DNA from: Minisyncoccota bacterium
GTDB lineage: Bacteria; Patescibacteriota; Minisyncoccia; JAHIHE01; JAGLIN01
DNA length: 64,000 nt
Reading direction: 5' to 3'
NCBI GenBank assembly: GCA_028691985.1
Contig: JAQUYG010000001.1
Span: 27,617-91,616, forward strand
A program made the position numbers and the translations under genes. This document shows positions 29,003 to 39,076 of this stretch, in pieces; within the stretch, counting starts at the first letter, position 1, and each line of letters starts with the position of its first letter. Below the pieces are notes generated by a model, which saw nothing but the letters and a program-made list of their open reading frames with translations, did not search any database and was not told the DNA's origin.

Positions 29003-29560
29003 TTATCTTATTAAAATTCCAAGAATTACAATATTTAAAATGTCCTCCCGTTTTGCGCCCCTTACAAATCTTGAAAAGAACATCTTAAGACCACCTTCGC
29101 TCCTGCCTGTCGCTTCGGCAATTTCCCGGAAGCTCATTCCTCCCCACACTCGCATCAAGATAATTTCCCTTTGTTCCGGCTTCAACCTGTTTAGATATTG
29201 ACCCACTTTCTGAAGCCGATTTCTGTCATCTATCTTTTTATCAATATCCTCGTTCAGACATATATCCCAAAAATCGTCGATATCAACCTCCTCTTTTTTC
29301 TTACGATAATGGTCTATGACCCCGTTCCTCGCAATCGCATATAACCAGGAAGAAAAGCTCGTATCCGCGTCGAAACTTCCGATCTTTTCGACCACCTTCA
29401 AAAATGTCCGACTTGTCAAATCCTCGGCTGTTTCTTTATGCATAGTCTTAAAAAACACAAAACGATAGATTTTCTCCACATAAAAATCATAGAGGACACC
29501 GAACTCGGACCAATCCCCTTTCTGACACTTCCTAATGATTTTTTTCTCATCGAATCCCAT
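29003..29560 (-). CDS. ECF RNA polymerase sigma factor
   Basis: AEDLTSRTFLK, FSSWLYAIARN, MSFREIAE. Confidence 0.92.
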   Translation of the reverse strand: MGFDEKKIIRKCQKGDWSEFGVLYDFYVEKIYRFVFFKTMHKETAEDLTSRTFLKVVEKIGSFDADTSFSSWLYAIARNGVIDHYRKKKEEVDIDDFWDICLNEDIDKKIDDRNRLQKVGQYLNRLKPEQREIILMRVWGGMSFREIAEATGRSEGGLKMFFSRFVRGAKREDILNIVILGILIR

Positions 29561-29589
29561 AAGATTCTTAAAAGATTAACATCAGTCAC

Positions 29590-29760
29590 CTAAAGATTCG
29601 GAAACAGATTACCACTTAAAAGTTCCCAGACATAACTGAGTCCGAAGATCATTATGACAGCAAAAACGCTTACAAAAGCTACTGAAAAAATATCATCCCC
29701 GATATTTTTCCTATTTTTTTCTCTTGGCATTTTTCTAAGTCTTATCCGCTTATATTCCAT
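29590..29760 (-). CDS. Small single-TM hypothetical protein
   Basis: ATG 29760; basic N-terminus followed by a hydrophobic helix. Confidence 0.45.
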   Translation of the reverse strand: MEYKRIRLRKMPREKNRKNIGDDIFSVAFVSVFAVIMIFGLSYVWELLSGNLFPNL

Positions 29761-29811
29761 ATAACGGGTAGGATTTAAAAAAGTAACAATCATCTTTGTC
29801 AAAAAATTTGC

Positions 29812-29851
29812 AAAAACGGAGGCTCTTTCGCACTTCGAAAAGCCTCCGTTT
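29812..29851 (-). terminator. Terminator after the Hsp20 gene
   Basis: AAAACGGAGGCT...AGCCTCCGTTTTT. Confidence 0.7.
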
Positions 29852-29860
29852 TCCATTATC

Positions 29861-30352
29861 CTATTCGGCTGCCTTAACCTCAACCAATTTACTTTGAGCT
29901 TCAGGTTTTTTCTTAACTTTCACAGTAAGTGTGCCATTTTTACAGCTTGCCTCGATCTTGTCCGGATCCGCGCCCTTGGGAAGCTCAAACTCTCGATAAA
30001 AACTGCCGCTATACCTTTCGATGCGATGCCAAGTTTTCCCTTTTTCTTCTTTTTCTTCTTCGCTCTTACCGCTGATTACAATGTTGTCGCCGGAAATTTC
30101 TACCTTGATATCTTCCGGTTTGACTGCAGGAATATCAGCCATGATATGGAATTCTTTTTCCGTTTCTGCGACATCGACCCTAGGCATCCAGGATTCCATC
30201 TCGCGATAAAAACCTTTTCCTATTCCGGACCAAGGCTTCAACCAACTCTCAGGAAAAAATCTTTCCATCAACGCCTGCGGCTCCACCCACGGCAATACCT
30301 CAGAGCTCATCGGCTCTTTTCTTCGCTCTGTTTTTTGGACTGGAAGTTTCAT
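29861..30352 (-). CDS. Hsp20/alpha-crystallin small heat-shock protein
   Basis: PRVDVAET, ERYSGSFYREFELP, NGTLTV; AGGAGG RBS. Confidence 0.95.
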   Translation of the reverse strand: MKLPVQKTERRKEPMSSEVLPWVEPQALMERFFPESWLKPWSGIGKGFYREMESWMPRVDVAETEKEFHIMADIPAVKPEDIKVEISGDNIVISGKSEEEKEEKGKTWHRIERYSGSFYREFELPKGADPDKIEASCKNGTLTVKVKKKPEAQSKLVEVKAAE

Positions 30353-30461
30353 ATTAATCACCTCCTTTCTAAAAAAATAGAAAAAGAAAAATCGGAATTT
30401 TAAAAAGTACGAAATTTATTACACGACCGACCAGACAAACAAAACCTATGAGTTTTTAATC

Positions 30462-31361
30462 TTATTTCCCCTTAAAAACCTTATAGAAATATTCGAACCT
30501 GCCTGCTATTTTTCGCGAGGCTTCCTCTGCAGTTATTTCCCCCGCTTTATATGCCAAAAGCGAATCCCAAAAAATTGTCCTCCCGATTGCAAAACCGATT
30601 ACACCTTCAACGCCCGCACCTGCCACCAGCCACTTCTCTAGCTGCTCATCGTTAGCATGTCGCCCCAGAATAATTATATCAGAATCCCTTCCTTGCGCCC
30701 TTACCTGCTCAACCAACAGTTCATAATCCTCTCTTTCCTCCAAGCCCTCAATCTTCCAAACAGCCGGTTCCACTCCTCCGTCCTGAAGTTCTTCTATCAT
30801 CAGTTCCATCAGTTTCGGCCTCATCTCTGTATCATAGATTTCTTTGTCTCCCTCCACGATTTCCAGCTGCTTTTCCGTAGGCGGCACCAATGGCTCTATC
30901 ATCATCTTATAGCCCTTCTCACGACAATAATCACTCAAAAACTTTAACTTCTCCGTTTGCCGCAAATTTAATTCTTGATCTCCATCCGGATTGTAACGGA
31001 CCAGCACCTTAACGAACTCCGGATCATATTTTTCTATATGTTCCTTAAAATTTTCCCCAAATTCAAAATCAAATTCCGCCTGTCCGCTTTTTTCCGTGCA
31101 GATACAAATACGATATCCATTCTGCTTCGCATCTTTCAAAATCGCATCTCCGAATTCTTCGTCCACCAAAATCGCACCGATTTCCTTCGGCACCGCACCA
31201 TTTTCAATCGCCATCTTGAAGCCCTCATAAACTATCCCCTTAAAAAAAGATATTCTCTCAGCTTCCTCCGGCGTCGGTTTCCCCAATATCCCGAACATTT
31301 TTTCCTGAAAAGATCCACGATGATCGAACGGCAGGACAAACAACTCATTTTTTTCTGACAT
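30462..31361 (-). CDS. DUF2090 / IolC-associated aldolase-like protein
   Basis: LPFDHRGSF, VKVLVRYNP, WKIEG, GFAIGRTIFW. Confidence 0.85.
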   Translation of the reverse strand: MSEKNELFVLPFDHRGSFQEKMFGILGKPTPEEAERISFFKGIVYEGFKMAIENGAVPKEIGAILVDEEFGDAILKDAKQNGYRICICTEKSGQAEFDFEFGENFKEHIEKYDPEFVKVLVRYNPDGDQELNLRQTEKLKFLSDYCREKGYKMMIEPLVPPTEKQLEIVEGDKEIYDTEMRPKLMELMIEELQDGGVEPAVWKIEGLEEREDYELLVEQVRAQGRDSDIIILGRHANDEQLEKWLVAGAGVEGVIGFAIGRTIFWDSLLAYKAGEITAEEASRKIAGRFEYFYKVFKGK

Positions 31362-31451
31362 TTTAGGCTAGATTATTCTTATTAATATTTTTATTATAAC
31401 ATTTTGTCTATAGAATGGAAACTTTTTAAAATGAGCTGTGACCGTTTTTAA

Positions 31452-33932
31452 TTAAAGCAGGTTCGCTTGCAAGTGATAATAGGGCGGACGATTCTTATAT
31501 CGCTTAATTGCCATATGAATGACTTCCTCTAGAAAATCACCGTAGTCCATTCCTGTCAGCTTTGCCACAGAAGGCACGCACGATGTTAGATTGATGGTAG
31601 GATTAGGATTAAGCTCTAGGACATAGGGATTTCCATTCTTATCCACCCTGATTTCCACTCTTCCATAATCATGGCAATCTAAAATATTATAAGTGTCCAG
31701 CGCGATTTCACTGATAACCGCTTCCAATTTTTTGCTTATATTCTTCGGAGGTCTTTGTACCGATATATATTTTTTATAGACTTCTTCCTCTCCATATTTC
31801 GATTCAAAGGGATATATATGCCAATAGCCCTCTGGCATTTTGTCAAAAACCGAACGGGAAAGCGGCAACACGCGCAAATCATCTTCCTCGCTTCCGATGA
31901 TTGAAACATCGTATTCATCCCCCTCGATATACTCTTCGATGAGTGCCGGTCTTCCCATTTCCTTCACAACATACTCCAATTGCCCCTTGAGCTGTTCTTT
32001 ATTGGTTACGACAGAGTTATTTGTAATACCGATGGAATTGTCTGTATTCGCGGGTTTTACAATCAGGGGATATTTAAGATTCTCTCTGACCTTATCTTCC
32101 AACGAATAGACATAATCCCATTCAGGTGTAGGAATTTTGTGATAGTTCAAGAGTTTTTTCACGCGAATCTTGTCGATACACAGGCTCAAAGTGAAAGGAT
32201 TAGAGCCAGTGTAGGGAATTTCCAAAACATCCAAAAGTGAAGCGACATGCGGCTCCAAAAGGCTGGAATTATTAATTCTCTCACAGACATTAAATACCAA
32301 ATCCACATCGCTATTCTTCAAATCGTTAAAAGCCTTTCCTACATCGTTAAAATCAAAAAAACTTATCCTATAACCCCTCTCCTTCAAAGCATTTTGAATA
32401 TTGACCCCTATCGTAGTCAGCTCTTTTTCTAATGTTTCGTCTTCATTCTTGTCATAAAGATTGCAAGCGATACCGATGTGCAGATTCCTCTGATCCTTAA
32501 CGGACATTTTTTGTATTTTTTCTATCTTTTCAACCCTCTTTGCAGCTTCGGTTTTAAGAATCGACGAAGATCGATGGTCTTTTCTTAGCGTTTTTCCTAT
32601 CGACGAAGCGGAGTGAAAACGCGCCACTTCATATTCTATAAGTTTCTCCGCCTCCTCCATATTTTCCTCAGCCTCAGAAGAATTATCGCCCGACACCGTC
32701 ATCCATCCCAGATATTCATAGCCTTCCGGCGGCGCCATTACCGTATCCCCCACTTTCTTGAAAAATTTAACCTCCTCGACAAAATCTTTTTTATTTATCC
32801 CCGGGTCAATATCTAACTGCACGACCACTCCCGAATGATCAGAAAGGAAAGTCTTGGCCAATACATATTCTTTTGCTTCTTCAATCTTCATTTTGGGAAC
32901 ATAAACCCCCATCGCAATTTTAACTGCGCCTTCGATAAGATCTACCCCCCAGACCTTCTTCACACTTGAATACATCTCATCGCCACCCATCCGCAAATTC
33001 GCCTCAATCGGCACCACCCCGCGCCTTGTCACTTTTGCCTCAAAATGGATGCATCCGTCGCACACACCCGCTTTCTCTAGTGTCTCCTCCACCATCGCAA
33101 TGATATCTTCTTGATCATCGTCCGGAAGGTTGGAAGGCGTAAGCCGATAAGTCTCAATAAAAAATGGCTCATGCGTTGCGCTGTTATCGGAGATAGAAAA
33201 GAATTTTATTATTCCATTCTGAACCAAAAGATCAACATCCACTTCACTACCGTCAATATATTCCTCGACCATAATCTGCTTTCCATCGCTGAAAGCCGAT
33301 TCCACTTGCTCCGAAATCGAAGTTTTTACATATTCGAATTTACTTTCCAGTTCTCCGGCATCCTCCACTTTAATCACGAAAGCGCTCGAAGATCCAAAAG
33401 TCGGCTTAATAACAACAGGAAAGGAAAAATTGTCTCGCACAAAATCCAAATCCTTTTCAGAATCGATTGCTCGATGATGAGGTGCCGCAATTTCATTTTC
33501 CTCACAAAAATCCCGAAAAAGCTGCTTATTGCGCACTCCACTCGAAACAGCATAAGGAATTCCGATAAATCCGAACTTATCAACGATTTTAGAAGTCAAA
33601 AGCACATCATCTTCCCAAAAAGTCAACGCCCCTTCGATTTTTTCATCTGGATTATTTTTAATAAACTCCCGCACCGCTCGGAGCGCTTCGGAATGCTTGG
33701 CATTATCCGCCAAAATCCACCTATCCACATAAGGCTCCGCCCAACTCTCTTTCTCACCAAGAACCACAAGCCTCACGCCCGATTTTTTAAGTCTCTGCAA
33801 TATGAATTTTTTCTTGATGGACCCGGTGCTTACCAAAAGCACTGTTCGCCCCGCGATTTTGTCGTTTTTAGAAAAAACTTTATTACTTATTTTCTTGCTG
33901 AACTTAATAACTTTTTTTGCCGTTTTTTTCAT
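31452..33932 (-). CDS. Double ATP-grasp protein (L-amino-acid-ligase-like fused to D-Ala-D-Ala-ligase-like)
   Basis: N half: PVVIKPTFGSSS, EEYIDG, HFE, EANLRMGG. C half: PYTGS, DKIRVK, IVKPANTDNSIGI, GRVEIR, LELNPNP. Confidence 0.88.
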   Translation of the reverse strand: MKKTAKKVIKFSKKISNKVFSKNDKIAGRTVLLVSTGSIKKKFILQRLKKSGVRLVVLGEKESWAEPYVDRWILADNAKHSEALRAVREFIKNNPDEKIEGALTFWEDDVLLTSKIVDKFGFIGIPYAVSSGVRNKQLFRDFCEENEIAAPHHRAIDSEKDLDFVRDNFSFPVVIKPTFGSSSAFVIKVEDAGELESKFEYVKTSISEQVESAFSDGKQIMVEEYIDGSEVDVDLLVQNGIIKFFSISDNSATHEPFFIETYRLTPSNLPDDDQEDIIAMVEETLEKAGVCDGCIHFEAKVTRRGVVPIEANLRMGGDEMYSSVKKVWGVDLIEGAVKIAMGVYVPKMKIEEAKEYVLAKTFLSDHSGVVVQLDIDPGINKKDFVEEVKFFKKVGDTVMAPPEGYEYLGWMTVSGDNSSEAEENMEEAEKLIEYEVARFHSASSIGKTLRKDHRSSSILKTEAAKRVEKIEKIQKMSVKDQRNLHIGIACNLYDKNEDETLEKELTTIGVNIQNALKERGYRISFFDFNDVGKAFNDLKNSDVDLVFNVCERINNSSLLEPHVASLLDVLEIPYTGSNPFTLSLCIDKIRVKKLLNYHKIPTPEWDYVYSLEDKVRENLKYPLIVKPANTDNSIGITNNSVVTNKEQLKGQLEYVVKEMGRPALIEEYIEGDEYDVSIIGSEEDDLRVLPLSRSVFDKMPEGYWHIYPFESKYGEEEVYKKYISVQRPPKNISKKLEAVISEIALDTYNILDCHDYGRVEIRVDKNGNPYVLELNPNPTINLTSCVPSVAKLTGMDYGDFLEEVIHMAIKRYKNRPPYYHLQANLL

Positions 33933-33957
33933 CTCTTTTTCAAATATTTTAAAAAAT

Positions 33958-33986
33958 AAAAAAAGACTAAATTCAAATCTAGTCTT
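33958..33986 (-). terminator. Leader terminator upstream of the double ATP-grasp gene
   Basis: AAGACTAGATT-tg-AATTTAGTCTTTTTTT. Confidence 0.7.
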
Positions 33987-34074
33987 CCTTTAGAAGTTTA
34001 TAAAAACAAGTCTCCGATTTTCCAAACCCACTCTTATCCGGAGGCTCCCCGATGTCTTCAATTGTAAGTTCCAT
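33979..34074 (-). CDS. Candidate leader peptide MELTIEDIGEPPDKSGFGKSETCFYKLLKED
   Basis: 31-aa uORF with EPPD; its stop lies in the terminator 5' arm; promoter TTGACT-16-TATACT at 34116-34143. Confidence 0.55.
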   Translation of the reverse strand: MELTIEDIGEPPDKSGFGKSETCFYKLLKED

Positions 34075-34241
34075 ATTTTTAACTAATCCCGATAGTCATA
34101 AATATCAGTAAATACAGTATAGAATAAAGATTTTGAAAGTCAATCATTAAGAATCTTTCATTTAAACCTCTCTTGCTTAAAAATCGAAACAGATATGCTT
34201 TATTTATTTTTCAAACGATATTCTTCAAATACTTTTTTATT

Positions 34242-34267
34242 TGTCATTCCGAGCTTATTGAGGAATC
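34242..34267 (+). repeat. Solitary REP-like palindrome (TGTCATT.. family)
   Basis: TGTCATTCCGAGCTTATTGAGGAATC, related to the copies at 38730 and 38816. Confidence 0.5.
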
Positions 34268-34368
34268 GCTTTATCACCACCCAAGCCTACACCCTCAAGT
34301 TTATCTGAAATATTTTTAAATTCATTCATAAATTTCAAACTTCCGCATATTGCAATTTTCATTTTTTA

Positions 34369-34950
34369 TTAATTATACAGTAAAATCTTTTTTAGTATAT
34401 TCAAAACAATCGGCAATTCACAAATACCGTCATCCCCGCCAAAATGTCTATTGTTTTCTTCAATAAAAGTTTTAACACCCATAGCCTCTTCGAAAAACAT
34501 TTTGTTTATTTCCAAAGGAACACAGGGGTCATTATCAGAAAATATTGCAAAAAAAATTTCAGACTTTTTCTTAACTTCTTGAAAATTTATCGCGTCTTTA
34601 TTCCATTCTGCGGCGATTTCATTTTCTTCGGGAGTTTCCAAGTCAAAGAGTTCGATCCACGGCACTACCATGATTACCCCGCCGCAAACTTCTCCCTTAT
34701 CAGATTTTTCTAAAAATCTCAAAATGGCCTGACATCCGATACTGTGTCCCACGAAATAAGTATTCTTACCAAAATCACCGACCAATTTTCGCAAACAATC
34801 AACCTATTCCGCTGTTTGAGGATTTTCCGTATGAGGCATCTCAGGGATTAAAACCTTAAAACCCTCTTTTTCTTCTTCCTTTTCGAGCCAAGGAAGCCGA
34901 TCTTCTTTAAGATATCCTCCCCAACCGTGGATTATAAAAAGTCTTTTCAT
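34369..34950 (-). pseudogene. YdeN/RBBP9-family alpha/beta hydrolase with an in-frame TAG
   Basis: MKRLFIIHGWGG...PWL start; TAG at 34804-34806 where Trp is expected; GHSIG, SDNDP and HFG are downstream in frame. Confidence 0.85.
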
Positions 34951-35431
34951 TTTTAATAAGCTCTATCTCCACGCCCAATCTCTCCGCCAGGGCCTATGCC
35001 TTTTCAACCGAGACATAAGGACCATTATCAGAATAATAAATATGAAAGTTTTTGCAGTTCCCTTTGATTTTTTCCCAATCGAAATCTTTATCGACAAAAC
35101 TTTTATTAATCACATCAAAATCTTCATTTCCTAAAAAATCAACAAAACCTGAAACAAAAAAACACGCCTTAATAGGTTTTTCCAATTTTTCCAAAACACT
35201 AAGAATAAAGACCGGCCCCAGAATGTGGCCGATAAAGATAGTCTCTTTATTAATGTAATATCCATATTCCCCGATCACTTTCAGCCAGTTCCCGAGACTC
35301 TGACCCGCTGGCGTAGGAAAATTAGGCACAAAAACTTGATAATTATTCCGTTCAAGCTCATCTTTCAGCCACGGAAACCAATTTTCTTTCGAGCTTCCAT
35401 AAGCGCCATGAATTATAAAAACATTTTTCAT
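34951..35431 (-). pseudogene. Second YdeN/RBBP9-family hydrolase, degenerate
   Basis: IIHGAYGS..NWFPWL; GHILG (Ser lost), SDNGP (Asp lost), TAG at 34994-34996, C-terminal His region absent. Confidence 0.8.
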
Positions 35432-35535
35432 GAAATCCATATTCCCTGATAAAAATTATCCCCCAGACGATACCTTGTTTCTCTTGATTCTTTTTCTTCC
35501 GTAGAGAAAGATGTAATGATTATCCTATCTTTCAC
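35428..35535 (-). CDS. Small hypothetical ORF, 35 aa
   Basis: GAGGTGA RBS, GTG start, ATGA overlap with the hydrolase start. Confidence 0.3.
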   Translation of the reverse strand: MKDRIIITSFSTEEKESRETRYRLGDNFYQGIWIS

Positions 35536-35647
35536 AATCACCTCATCAAAATATAAGATTGACTTATTATGTTAGACATCCTTATGTTTTACACAGTTTG
35601 TATCTTTTTTAAATCCTAGCAAACTTCTATATGGTTCTACGCTCATC

Positions 35648-37036
35648 TCATTTCTCTGTGATAAAAAACTCCTCGCTATTGCCAGAATAAGATGTATAAT
35701 CATTTTCATATTCTGTGATATGAAACTGGTATTTATCCCCCGGATTAATCCAATCAGAGACTTTAAAAATATAACTTCCAGTATTTGGGACTTCGCCTAC
35801 TGCCGTCGTTTGCCAGACAAGTCTAGTCGCAACAGATTCGGCAGAATTATCATAAAGCGCAATATCTATCAGGTTAGTAGATTTGATCGGTGTCCATTGT
35901 AGTTCATAACTTTTGCCAATAACCCATTCGCTGTCTTTGGCAGGAGAAACAATTTCGAGCTTTTTCAGGCTATATTTTATGATTTTTTCCGGCGAATTAG
36001 TACCATCCTCCCGACATGGACCATTCAAAGTAAAGATAATCGCATCTTCCTCTTGGTTATATTCGCATTCACTGTCCATATAACCTCCCCAACTCTGTGC
36101 AGCTTCAAAAACTCTCTTGAAATCAGGAACCGAATAGACCTCGCCTGGATTTCCACCACTAAATCCGGCACTAGTACAAGCATATATATATTTTTCATCA
36201 GGAGTAACACCAAAATTTTCCCCCAAAACAGCACCCACTATACTAAGTACCTCTTTTTTACCTTTTATATCATATACTTTGCCCACATTCCATTCATAAC
36301 CAGTCATCGTATAAAGCAAAAAATCATTTTTCGGAGAAAACTCAAACCTCGAAAACCTCTTGATTTCCACTAAATTAGAATGGTCCTCATTGAATTCATA
36401 ATCCCCTTTATCAACAATCACCTCCTCTTTATCTCTTTTGACGATCAAATAAATCCCCTCTCCTCTTTTAACAGAGAAAGTTTCATATTCTCCAGAAATA
36501 ACATTTTCAGCCATAAATTCTTCCACAAAAATTGTGCTAAGTTTATCGTTTTCTGAGATAACCATCTTAACGCCATATTTATTCTCGTCTTCACCCTCGT
36601 CTTTATATCTCACGAAAAAATAAAAAGTATCACCTCCTAAATCCTGAAAGTCATAAGGCTCGGCATATTCCACTTCTCCATACCACTTTACAAACTCCTC
36701 AAAAGAAACATCCTGCTCAGCGCGCATAGCATATGCTTTTGCCAAATCTCCGGAAGAAAGCAGCTCATAATATCTCTCTATGATATCGATTTTGAGTCCG
36801 TAGGAATCATCACCCTCGTCATTTTTCCCTTCCTGAACAATACCAGCGTCATTATTCTTCTCATTTTTGTCTTGTAAACGCAAATCTGTGCCGCCTTCGT
36901 TTGTGATAGAGTATCGACAGGAGAGCAGCGCCGCAACACTAAACATCAGAATAAAGAAAGAGAAAAGATATAGGCACCTTTTTAGAAATCTCCCTGAATT
37001 TGACGCTCCCAAGCCCGGGATTTTGTGTTTTTCCAT
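35648..37036 (-). CDS. Membrane-anchored/exported hypothetical protein with a C-terminal Ig-like domain
   Basis: N-terminal TM; C-terminal IVSP...W.IG..Y...W...NTGSY pattern. Confidence 0.75.
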   Translation of the reverse strand: MEKHKIPGLGASNSGRFLKRCLYLFSFFILMFSVAALLSCRYSITNEGGTDLRLQDKNEKNNDAGIVQEGKNDEGDDSYGLKIDIIERYYELLSSGDLAKAYAMRAEQDVSFEEFVKWYGEVEYAEPYDFQDLGGDTFYFFVRYKDEGEDENKYGVKMVISENDKLSTIFVEEFMAENVISGEYETFSVKRGEGIYLIVKRDKEEVIVDKGDYEFNEDHSNLVEIKRFSRFEFSPKNDFLLYTMTGYEWNVGKVYDIKGKKEVLSIVGAVLGENFGVTPDEKYIYACTSAGFSGGNPGEVYSVPDFKRVFEAAQSWGGYMDSECEYNQEEDAIIFTLNGPCREDGTNSPEKIIKYSLKKLEIVSPAKDSEWVIGKSYELQWTPIKSTNLIDIALYDNSAESVATRLVWQTTAVGEVPNTGSYIFKVSDWINPGDKYQFHITEYENDYTSYSGNSEEFFITEK

Positions 37037-37130
37037 TTAAATATTTTATATTTATTAAAAATATTATATAATACTTTCAATATAAAAAAAAGGTACATTT
37101 TGTATCTTCTATAAAAAATAATAAAATCAT

Positions 37131-38156
37131 ATGAAAAAACTTTTTACCGTTCTGGCCGCTTTTATATTTCTGGCCATCCCCGCCCATGCATCAGAAATTG
37201 TCGAGGGCGCAGTCATCAAAACTGCAAATAATCCCGATGTCTATATCGTAAAATATAACAGCGGAAAAAGTTACAAGCGGTTGGTTCTGAATCCGCAAGT
37301 TTTCGAAAGTTATGGACACCTTCGCTGGGAGGACATTTTAACCGTCGACCAAGAGACTCTAAATAAGTTCACAACTTCCGACTTAGTGCGAGTGGACGGA
37401 ACCTCTGAAATTTATCAGCTCACACCAAACGGAGATACCGGCAGCAAGGTTCCTATAGACAATCCCACCGAAGTTGACCTTAATAGCATATATACGATCA
37501 ACCATACCGATTTCGGAAACTATTTAAATCCATCGAACGCGGAGCTATCCGGCCCTTACGAAATTTATCAAGTCATCGACGGCGACACCTTCTCGGTCAC
37601 GATCAATGGCATAATCCAAACCGTGCGCCTAATCGGTATCGACACGCCTGAAGTTGCCAGCGCAGTGACCGCTCGGGAATGTTATGGAGAAGAAGCATCC
37701 ACAGCCGCCAAAGAACAGCTGACCGGCAAGAAGGTGTATTTAGAATCCGATGCTGTTTCCGGCGATACTGACAAATATGGACGACTATTACGATATGCTT
37801 ATCTGGAAAATAATACGCTTTTCAACAAATGGATGATTGAAGAAGGCAACGCCAAAGAATACACCTATGCCGGACAGATTTATAGATACCAAACCGAGTT
37901 CAAAACGGCGCAAGCATCTGCAAAAACTGCCCAGAAAGGACTCTGGGGAATTGAAATCTGCGCCCTCTCAGATGTAAGTTCAGAGAAAGACGCTTATATC
38001 TGCTCCGCCGACACTTATAATTGCTCCGATTTCGCGACTCAAACCGAAGCGCAAAACGCCTACGCCTACTGTCTCAACCAAACAGGCACTGACATCCACC
38101 GCCTAGATTCAGACGATGACGGAGTAGTGTGCGAAGGGTTGGAACAAAATATCTGA
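37131..38156 (+). CDS. Secreted thermonuclease (SNase) with Excalibur Ca-binding domain
   Basis: VIDGDT, VRLIGIDTPE, DKYGRLLRY, KGLW; YNCSDF...LDSDDDGVVCE. Confidence 0.92.
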   Translation: MKKLFTVLAAFIFLAIPAHASEIVEGAVIKTANNPDVYIVKYNSGKSYKRLVLNPQVFESYGHLRWEDILTVDQETLNKFTTSDLVRVDGTSEIYQLTPNGDTGSKVPIDNPTEVDLNSIYTINHTDFGNYLNPSNAELSGPYEIYQVIDGDTFSVTINGIIQTVRLIGIDTPEVASAVTARECYGEEASTAAKEQLTGKKVYLESDAVSGDTDKYGRLLRYAYLENNTLFNKWMIEEGNAKEYTYAGQIYRYQTEFKTAQASAKTAQKGLWGIEICALSDVSSEKDAYICSADTYNCSDFATQTEAQNAYAYCLNQTGTDIHRLDSDDDGVVCEGLEQNI

Positions 38157-38231
38157 ATTTAACTAAGCATTGACAGAATTCATTGTTTTGTCGTACCTTT
38201 AAGATGTCAAAGATAAAAAGAGGTTGATATT

Positions 38232-38648
38232 GTGAAAACAAAAATTCTTCCAGAAGACATAGATACCAAAGGAAATTTTTTAAATACCTTTGGAAAGTTA
38301 GAGTATGAACTTATGGTAAGATTGATTGTAGAGAAATGCCAGAGATTCAATAGATGGGATCATTTCTCGCTGCGAGGAATACTTGACCTCGTAGAGGCGG
38401 ATTGTCCTGAACATATTATTTGGCGCACCCTGTGTCCAAAAGCCATCCTCAATCAACTTGTTGAAAATGGCTGGATAATTGACGAAAAAAACGGATATTA
38501 CAATATCACAGATGATTTGATAAAAAGATGCCACGAAAGGCATCCCACCAACAAAAAAGCACCTCCCAACACTTTAGAGCAATCAAGAACAGGATGGAGA
38601 AAAGTCAAAAAAGATGAAGAATATTTCGTTCCTCCGCCCTCAGAATAA
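38232..38648 (+). CDS. Hypothetical protein (possible winged helix)
   Basis: GAGG RBS with GTG start; LNQLVENGWI...GYYNIT. Confidence 0.6.
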   Translation: MKTKILPEDIDTKGNFLNTFGKLEYELMVRLIVEKCQRFNRWDHFSLRGILDLVEADCPEHIIWRTLCPKAILNQLVENGWIIDEKNGYYNITDDLIKRCHERHPTNKKAPPNTLEQSRTGWRKVKKDEEYFVPPPSE

Positions 38649-38729
38649 TTTTTACTACACTTTTTATTTTTTAAGTGTAGTTTTATTTTTCGACCTAATC
38701 GACCATTTATCTAATAATCGTTTTTCACC

Positions 38730-38779
38730 TGTCATTGCGAAGAGGCAATCTAAATTTATCCCCGCGGAGGCGGAGATGA
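38730..38779 (+). repeat. Degenerate REP-like palindromes
   Basis: TGTCATTGCGAAGAGGCAATCT and ATCCCCGCGGAGGCGGAGAT. Confidence 0.45.
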
Positions 38780-38815
38780 AAATCCCGTCACTACAGTTTA
38801 CAAAACATTGTCTCC

Positions 38816-39013
38816 TGTCATTCCGGGCTTGACCCGGAATCTGCGTTATATTTCGCTTTTACTTTACTATAACACTTAATCGTTATGCTTCGTAGATTGC
38901 GGATATTTCGCAGTAACGAAATTCCGGAATGACAAATATTGTGAGTTTGACATTTGAGAAAAATTCTTCGGAATATTTTATATAAAAACTATCAACGAAT
39001 TAAGTAGCCTGTA
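38816..39013 (+). repeat. REPIN-like inverted doublet, copy 1 of a ~200 bp dispersed repeat
   Basis: TGTCATTCCGGGCTTGACCCGGAATCT...AGATT...TTCCGGAATGACA (38816-38934); similar to 49956-50154. Confidence 0.8.
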
Positions 39014-39076
39014 AGGGAATAACAAAAAAAGAAACGATTTCAAAATCGTTCTTTTTTATGCAAACTATATCAAGTT

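Noticed and set aside
33111-33959. Long antisense ORFs (e.g. 33111-33959, 7131-7844, 27464-28141, 28491-29201)
   Set aside because: They are shadows of well-supported genes on the opposite strand and show no motifs.
34369-35431. TAG reassignment or readthrough suggested by two in-frame TAGs and the nrdD TAG
   Set aside because: Many intact genes end in TAG (ftsZ, hisS, rpsU, glnA), reading through the nrdD TAG gives no NrdD-like sequence, and one hydrolase has also lost catalytic residues.
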